From the NCBI GenBank assembly GCA_963796055.1, contig CAWCKH010000004.1, forward strand, positions 2,880,001 to 2,944,000: DNA of 64,000 nucleotides, given 5' to 3'. Below, one piece after another: positions 59,301-64,000 of the stretch (positions are counted from its first letter, which is position 1; each line of letters opens with the position of its first letter). The position numbers were made by a program, and so were the translations under genes. The stretch comes from an uncultured delta proteobacterium (GTDB taxonomy: Bacteria > Myxococcota > Myxococcia > Myxococcales > Myxococcaceae). Under the pieces are notes generated by a model, which saw nothing but the letters and a program-made list of their open reading frames with translations, did no database searches and was not told where the DNA came from.

Positions 59301-62046
59301 TCCCCATCCGCCACAGCGTCCGGATGATGGCGTCGGCGGAGATCCACGCCTGGTGGGGAAGAAAGACCAGCGCCAGGCCCAGCTGCCGCGCGCTGGTCAC
59401 CGCGTCACGGCCGATGGCCGCGTAGTAGGCCCGCCAGGAGCGGTCGAGCGGCGGGCGGAGCGCGCCGAGGAGGAGGGTGACGATCCACGGCGCAGCGACG
59501 GCCAGGATCCACAGCGCCGTCCAGCGCAGGGGAGAGCCTGGGACCACCGTCCAGCCCGCGACCAGGAACGCCAGCTGGGCGAGCTCGACCACGCTGCGGC
59601 GCAGGTTGTCGATGACCTTCCACAGCGAGATTGCCGGGAGCGGGTTGGGCGACGGGCCGCCGGGACCGGGGATGGTGCGCCGGGTCCAGGGAAGGAGCTG
59701 CCAGTCGCCGCGGATCCACCGGTGCTTGCGCCGGGTCCAGGTGAGGTAGCTCGACGGATAGTCGTCGTACACCTGGATGTCGGTCGCCAGCCCGGCGCGC
59801 GCGAAGCAGCCCTCGATCAGATCGTGCGAGAGGAGGGTGTTGGGCGGGAATCGACCGTGGATCGCGCGCTCGAAGGCGTCGACGTCGTAGATGCCCTTCC
59901 CGGTGAAGCTGCCCTCGCCGTAGAGGTCCTGGTACATGTCCGAGACCGCGGTGGTGTAGGGATCCACGCCCGGGTGGCCGGAGTAGATGGCGGCGAAGCG
60001 GGTGCGGTTGGCGCTGGGCAGCGAGACCCCGACGCGCGGCTGGAGGATGCCGTAGCCACGCGCAACTCGCGCGCCGGCCGCATCGAAGCCGGGTCGGTTG
60101 AGGGGGTGGGCCATGGCCCCCACCAGGAGCGGGGCGGTCTCCGGGGGGAGGACGGTGTCGGCGTCGAGGGTGATGACATACCGGACATCCCGCAGCACCG
60201 CGAGGTCCCCCAGCACGACCGAGAACGCGCCCTCCGCGCCTCCCCGCACGAGGTGATTGAAGTCGGCGAGCTTTCCCCGCTTCCGTTCCCAGCCCATCCA
60301 CACCCCTTGCTGGGGGTTGAAGCGTCGGGGGCGGTGGAGAAGGTAGAAGGCGTTCTCGCCCGGGCCGTAGCGCGCGTTGAGGGCTTTCACTCCGACGACT
60401 GCGGCCTGCACGATGGCGGCGTCGTCCTCCCCTACCTCCGTGGGCGCGTCGGTGAAGTCCCCCAGCACGACGAAGTGGAGGTTCGCTCCCCGGTTGGCGA
60501 GGAACTGGACCTCGAGGTTCTCCAGGGCGTGCTCCACCGACTCGACGCTCGCCAGGAGCGTGGGGATCACCACCGCGGTGCGTGACTCGGCGGGGACGCC
60601 GCTCTTGCGAAAGTCGAGCTTGGGCAGGCGCTGCGGCCGGAGGAAGCTGGTGAGCAGTTGCTGGATGACGTTGAGCGCGACCTCGTTGCCCGGGAGCAGG
60701 GCGATGAGGACGAGCAGGGGCCAGGCGGGGCGGGCCTGCGCTCCGGCCATCCACAGGACTGCCATCAGGGCTGCGACGGTGCCGAGCATCGCGCTTCCGG
60801 CCAGCGCCAGGTCCGGGTGGCGGCGGGCGGCCCGGAGCAAGCGCTCGCCCAGCGGAGGCCGGTAACCGACGGCCTCCTCGAGCGTCGTCCGGCCGGCTCC
60901 GAGCAGGAAGAAGCCCACGTGGGCACTGGCAGGCGGCCTTTCTTGCGGCAGGCGCTGGGCGAGTTCCACCGCGGCCCTCGCGACCTGCTCCTCGGGCCGT
61001 CCGGTCCTGCGAGCGAGACGCTCGACCACGTGTCGGTACTGGTCGCGCGTCTCGAACGTCATCCGGGAATAGATCTCCGCCGGGTCCTTGCGGAGCGCTG
61101 CCTCGAGCACGCTCTGCGCTTCGACGAACTCGGGCCAGTCCATCCCGCCCAGGGTGCGGAGGCTGGTGATGCTGTTGGCCATCATCACCTGGGTGAGGGC
61201 GAGCCTTTGGGTGGCGCGGGCGGTGGACTCCTCGGCGCCGTGACCCTCGTCGTCGAGCCAGCGGTCGAGCCAGGTCATCGCGGTGGCGCTGCCGCCGAGC
61301 TGCCGGAGCTGGGCGCGCAGCCGGGAGACGAGTTCGGCGGTCAGGGCAGGGTGGTCGCCGATGAAGCCCTCGAACGCGGCGACCAGCTCCACCGGCCCCG
61401 CGGCGTCGGCAGCGTGGAGGCGGCTTGCCCAGTCGTCGGCCAGCGCGAGCTGCTCGAGGCGCTGGACGGTGCGCAGGGTCATGCGCCGCACGTTCTCCAC
61501 CAGCCCGAGCCGGAACATCGCCGGCAGCGCCCACAGCTCGCCGATCGCGAGCGGCGTCACTTCCTGAAACGCGGTGGTGAAGGCGCCGATGTTCTCCGCG
61601 TCGAGCCGGCCCTCGGAGTGGGAGATGAGGCCGATCGCCAGGTCGTACACCCTGGGGTAGCCGGCGAGCGGGCCGTCCGACAGGTCGGGCAGCTCCCCGT
61701 AGTACCCGCGCGGAAGATTCTGGCGGACGTCGGCGATGTGATCCCGGACGACGTAGAAGTTGTCGAGCAGCCATTCCCCTGCCGGACCGATGTCGAGCGC
61801 CGACGACTGGGCGGCGATGCGGGCGTGCGCGTCCTCGAGGATGGAGAGCGTGCCGTCCAGCCGGCTCAGCAGCGGGCCGATGCGCCCGATGCGGCGGCGA
61901 GGCCGGAGGTGCTGGTGACGGGCGACGGAGCGGGCGTGGTCGGCGAGCCCCTCGGCCCCGAGCAGCTCGCCCCGGATCGGGCCGGAGAGAAGGTCAGACC
62001 GCCCGCGATGGCGCGAGAACCCGCCGAGCAGTGTCCCCCAGGCCAT
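53386..62046 (-). CDS. ndvB: Cyclic beta-1,2-glucan synthase (Cgs/NdvB/ChvB; GT84 + cyclising domain + GH94 phosphorylase)
   Basis: EWLLDNFY, WMGWERKRGKL, ITLDADT, LSHDLIEG, RWIRGDWQL, SWSGTMFEYLMP, YQSSGAYGFRDQLQD, GDWNDGMN, RENGAQYTH. Confidence 0.93.
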   Translation of the reverse strand: MAWGTLLGGFSRHRGRSDLLSGPIRGELLGAEGLADHARSVARHQHLRPRRRIGRIGPLLSRLDGTLSILEDAHARIAAQSSALDIGPAGEWLLDNFYVVRDHIADVRQNLPRGYYGELPDLSDGPLAGYPRVYDLAIGLISHSEGRLDAENIGAFTTAFQEVTPLAIGELWALPAMFRLGLVENVRRMTLRTVQRLEQLALADDWASRLHAADAAGPVELVAAFEGFIGDHPALTAELVSRLRAQLRQLGGSATAMTWLDRWLDDEGHGAEESTARATQRLALTQVMMANSITSLRTLGGMDWPEFVEAQSVLEAALRKDPAEIYSRMTFETRDQYRHVVERLARRTGRPEEQVARAAVELAQRLPQERPPASAHVGFFLLGAGRTTLEEAVGYRPPLGERLLRAARRHPDLALAGSAMLGTVAALMAVLWMAGAQARPAWPLLVLIALLPGNEVALNVIQQLLTSFLRPQRLPKLDFRKSGVPAESRTAVVIPTLLASVESVEHALENLEVQFLANRGANLHFVVLGDFTDAPTEVGEDDAAIVQAAVVGVKALNARYGPGENAFYLLHRPRRFNPQQGVWMGWERKRGKLADFNHLVRGGAEGAFSVVLGDLAVLRDVRYVITLDADTVLPPETAPLLVGAMAHPLNRPGFDAAGARVARGYGILQPRVGVSLPSANRTRFAAIYSGHPGVDPYTTAVSDMYQDLYGEGSFTGKGIYDVDAFERAIHGRFPPNTLLSHDLIEGCFARAGLATDIQVYDDYPSSYLTWTRRKHRWIRGDWQLLPWTRRTIPGPGGPSPNPLPAISLWKVIDNLRRSVVELAQLAFLVAGWTVVPGSPLRWTALWILAVAAPWIVTLLLGALRPPLDRSWRAYYAAIGRDAVTSARQLGLALVFLPHQAWISADAIIRTLWRMGISRRHLLEWQTAFQSERFRSGSARAVWRAMWPSVLLSAGLFLALLLRHPFGQVGETGPQRWAWILACSVLTGAWICAPQVAHWLDQSPRRRERRLAPALRADALRYALLHWRFFERFVTAETHWLAPDNVQEGPWPVVAMRTSPTNIGLQLLAVTSAHDLGFLPLEEMISQLERVFATLERLPRFRGHFYNWYDLRDLRELTPAYVSTVDSGNLAGLLIAVRQACLAIPDEPVFDRRAWRAAETALGMVGTTASARIEPKLRQARSALAAAERVSHVAAGLDVVLARLDELEQAIAGVAERRVPLGEAREWTAWTRRLVGEQRRRVEGLETRAGVGRLGEATRIFPTLRELSSSTPRAAELIARLEALAATASRHASAMDFSFLYDRQRALFSIGYQLTSHTLDPSYYDLLASEARLASYVAIAKDDVPVDHWFHLGRELSRVAGETALMSWSGTMFEYLMPLLLMRSFPETLLDQTYRGAVRRQMTYAAGHAVPWGISESAYNVRDRFGTYQYRAFGVPDLALKRGLDSDLVIAPYASALAAMVDPKRALANLRSLERRGALGPYGLRDALDYTRPEPGKACSVVETFMAHHLGMGLGALTNALSGLIWQRRFHADPLVRAAELLLYERIPRRLMLQEPQTARPEASLPNPELEAPAVRELDTPFTPQPRVALLGRLPYTVMLTNGGSGYSRYEDLAVTRWRADGTADSTGQHCYVKDVTRGRIWSTAHQPVCARADTYHVSLATDRAVFHRTDGPIETRTEITTVPDDAAEVRRVTVTNNGGAPCEIELTSYGELVLAPPGADRAHPAFGSLFVETAWHAWCSAVTGTRRPRAPSEQRVWCTHVLATGEERVGEITCETDRSRFLGRGRSTRAPAALDHGAELSGSTGAVIDPIFALRCRLRVEPGRSASAAFTTLVTTSAERAFELADRYRDPRSAHRALDLAWTAAQIELRELNTSSVDAGVFQQLAGALFFSDPQLRAPEAELLANQGSQPMLWAVGLSGDWPILLATIDSTEGLPTLRQLLSAHQYWRRRGMMVDLVILNTRASSYLEALGDQVTATVLSSSEAGMVDRPGGVFVRRRDLLGPAELRMLRATARVHLPCDGRRLGPILESLTDATEEVKELRLPPRRPLQRTFAGLVERLRVPTPVASVGRAPARAGPVDLAAAGEDAPAPTPLLLDNGLGSLDAEGRYRIRLRGSALPPAPWANVVASPEGGFLVSERGAGFTWAGSSFFYRLTPWHNDPVTDPVSDVLYLRDEETGELWTPTPAPIRHASAYLIRHDAGASTFEHRHSDVESLLTVGLADGSATRISRLRLTNHSPRTRRIGVTSYVEWTLGSQREHTQHQIRTEFDVARGTLFARNTFDPQFAGWVAFCALAPEVQGHTADRREFLGRHGSIEAPAGIGRLSGRTGAALDPCAALHCALTIGPGESREVVVLLGAAPSAQRARGTVDGLRDPARAAAAIHQTVDGWEQRLSIVQVHTPEPAFDALLNRWLLYQALSCRMWGRSALYQSSGAYGFRDQLQDSMAFLHAAPDVARAHLLRAASRQFVEGDVQHWWHPESGRGVRTRFSDDLAWLPFAVDHYVNVTGDRGVLDEPVPFLTMRTLQPGEQEAYDLPQTSAEVGSLYEHCLRALRKASTRGVHGIPLIGGGDWNDGMNRVGAEGRGESVWLAWFLAATLRSFAEQAAGRGDGTVASELREHAEGYLAAVEEHGWDGAWYRRAYDDAGVPLGSSTSEECRIDSIAQSWSVIGGGGRPERRLQAMRSLEEHLVDREARLVRLLAPPFDHGPQDPGYIKGYLPGVRENGAQYTHAAVWAVLARAMAGDGEGALELFQMLNPLNHARTAAEVATYKVEPYVVAADVYTAEGQRGRGGWTWYTGSASWMYRVGLEAILGFTRRGDSLQLLPCVPAAWREYAIDYRFGGSLYSLRVERGGGAPGITLDGGSIEGSAIPLVDDGRPHTAVFRIR

Positions 62047-62386
62047 GCGACGGCTCGGCCTCAGCACTCGCCCGTGACGGGCAATGCGAGGGCGATGTTG
62101 CGAGGCGCGGCCATCAGGGGGGGACTGTGGGGGGTCGAGGCTCCAGTCTCAAGCCGCATTCTCCCGACAATCCCCCATCTGTTGCCTCGCGGCGACATGG
62201 GACCAAGGGCCAACGTCGCGCACGGACTCGACCCTTCCGAGTCGTCGATCTCCGATCTTGCGGCGCGGACGCCCCGGGTCCTTCGCTCGCCGGTCTCCGC
62301 GAGGAATGATCCAGCGAGCATGTCTCCGAGCAGCACCCTGCCCATGGTGCTACACCTTCCATGGTCCTGGCTGGCTGAGGCGTCTC

Positions 62387-62680
62387 GTGCTCCACGATTT
62401 CATCGAGCTGAATCGCGACGAGCTGATCGCGCGCAGGAGCGGAAAGGTCGCCTCGCGCCCGTTCGAATCGAGGGAGCCCCGGGAGATCGAATTTGGGGTC
62501 CCCCTGTTCCTGAGCCAGCTCACGGAGACGCTCCGACGCGAGAAGACGGGCTCGCCCTTCCCACCGAACGCGATCGGATCGGCCGCGGCGAAGCATGGCC
62601 AGGAGCTGCTGGGAATGGGCTTCACCGTGGCGCAGGTGGTGAACGACTACGGTGACATGTGCCAGGCGATCACCGACTGG
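62387..62680 (+). pseudogene. N-terminal sensor fragment of a histidine kinase (RsbRD-N-like), truncated
   Basis: MLHDFIELNRDELIAR...GVPLFLSQL...AAKHG..LL..GFTVAQVVNDYGDMCQAIT, then protein-like sequence is lost and no H-box follows. Confidence 0.65.
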
Positions 62681-62868
62681 CAATCGCCGCTGCGATCGAG
62701 CGACCCCGGGGGCTTCGAGCGGGTCCAGCGCTGGCGTCGTAACACGCCCGGGGGCGCGCGGGAGCCTGCGTCACCAGGGGTTCTCGACCAAGGCTCTCCG
62801 TTCGTGCCGGCTCGGCACGACGGGGTACCACGGAGGGCAGGTCCTCCCGCGCCCTCAACCCGTGTCGC

Positions 62869-63027
62869 TCAGGCGATCCGGCGGCCGGAGATGATCCGGA
62901 CCAGGACAGCGATGACCGCCAGCACCAGGAGCACATGGATGAAGCCGCCGACCGTGACATTGGCCACCAGCCCCAGCACCCACAGGGCGGCGAAGACGAT
63001 CGCCAGGACCCACAAGAGATTGCCCAT
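62869..63027 (-). CDS. lmo0937-family small membrane protein
   Basis: GGAGG RBS; LWVLGLV...GGFIHVLLVLAVI..RIISGRR. Confidence 0.85.
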   Translation of the reverse strand: MGNLLWVLAIVFAALWVLGLVANVTVGGFIHVLLVLAVIAVLVRIISGRRIA

Positions 63028-63242
63028 GACTCGACCCTCCAGTTGTTTCAGCGCGTCGCATCGGTGAACGTAATGCCGTCCATCGACTCCTTCAGTGGTC
63101 ACGGTTGCATCGAACGTGCCTGCAGGCCTCCCTCTCGAACGCCGCGCGAGCGACTACGGAACGCGCAACGCAAAGAGTCATCCGCACGGCGGTGACCGAG
63201 CGCACTTAGTGCGGCGCCACGGGCGTGCCGTGGGGAGCAGTC

Positions 63243-63512
63243 TCAGGCGGGGCGATGGCGGCCCGAGCGCACCACCCGTAGCAGGGCGAGCAGGAGCACT
63301 GCTCCCACGAACGCCACGGTGATCGTCCCGGCGATTCCGGCGAATGGCGCGTGCCAGCCGAGTGAGCGGAAGAGCAATCCTCCGATGAACGCACCCGCCA
63401 CGCCGATCACGATGTCGCCAACGAGCCCCAGGCCACCGCCGGCGACGAGGGAAGCGAGGTACCCGGCAACGGCTCCGATGGCAACCCACAGCAGGAATGT
63501 CTCGAGCGTCAT
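63243..63512 (-). CDS. GlsB/YeaQ/YmgE (transglycosylase-associated) membrane protein
   Basis: IGAVAGYLA..GLGLVGDIVIGVAGAFIGG..AFVGAVLLL. Confidence 0.88.
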   Translation of the reverse strand: MTLETFLLWVAIGAVAGYLASLVAGGGLGLVGDIVIGVAGAFIGGLLFRSLGWHAPFAGIAGTITVAFVGAVLLLALLRVVRSGRHRPA

Positions 63513-63774
63513 GTTCACACCTCAGGGCCTGAAGACTTCCGCGCCCTCTCCTAACGTAGCCATGCGAGAGCGCGGCGCGAGGCGTTCCGTCCGCACGCGC
63601 AAGCTGCGTCCCTGACAGCGTCGTCCGGCGAATGCCACACGAACAATTGCGAGGGGATGGATGTGAGCCGGGCGAGGTTGCGGCAGAACGTCGCTTCCAG
63701 GCGCAATCGATGCGCGGCAGGGTCTGGCGGCCAAGGGGACAGAGGTAAGCTGTACTCCCTTTCGAGGAGCCACC

Positions 63775-64000
63775 GTGTCCGTGAAACAGGCCCTGGTCAC
63801 CGGAGCGAGTCGAGGGATCGGAGCTGCGGCCGCAATCGCTCTGGCCCAGAGCGGGTTTCGAGTGTGGCTTCACTACCGTGCGCGCGAGGACGCTGCCCAA
63901 CAGGTGGCCCGAACCATCGTCGAGAGGGGAGGGCCAGAGCCCATTCTCGTTCGCTTCGACCTCGCCGATCGGAAGGCCACGAGCGAGGCAGTGCAAGCTT
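63775..64000 (+). CDS. FabG-like short-chain dehydrogenase (partial)
   Basis: GAGGAG RBS; ALVTGASRGIG, VWLHYR; runs off window. Confidence 0.85.
   Translation, partial: MSVKQALVTGASRGIGAAAAIALAQSGFRVWLHYRAREDAAQQVARTIVERGGPEPILVRFDLADRKATSEAVQA

Noticed and set aside
1..64000. Numerous long overlapping or antisense ORFs (e.g. 56212-60585 +, 2823-4169 -)
   Set aside because: Shadow frames of real genes in high-GC DNA; no motifs

Overview
GC-rich myxobacterial (Myxococcota-like) chromosomal segment. 1-19.5 kb is core genome: mgtE, PilZ protein, trxA, ccsA-like/hemA/hemC/hemD, a GspE/PilB ATPase, NUDIX, HAD, pdhABC and an AsgA-like two-component cluster. An IS110/IS1111-type element sits exactly on the pdhC stop codon. 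Its ~300-bp non-coding right end folds into two internal loops whose arms match the element's own donor junction and the reconstructed target site, which is the layout of a bridge/seek RNA. 19.7-28 kb carries phaB, a ribbon-helix-helix regulator and a six-gene hyf-like membrane complex whose large subunit lacks the Ni-binding cysteines (Ehr-type). A decayed island lies off the 3' end of tRNA-Glu(CTC). It is followed by a molybdopterin oxidoreductase, sodC and rpiA, then a long accessory region with an ECF sigma / zinc anti-sigma / exported TPR-CHAT protease module, Cys-rich proteins and repeated gene relics, and finally a 2.9-kaa cyclic beta-1,2-glucan synthase. Several conserved genes contain single-base frameshifts that are probably sequencing indels. 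All calls come from reading the sequence by eye; no searches were run.
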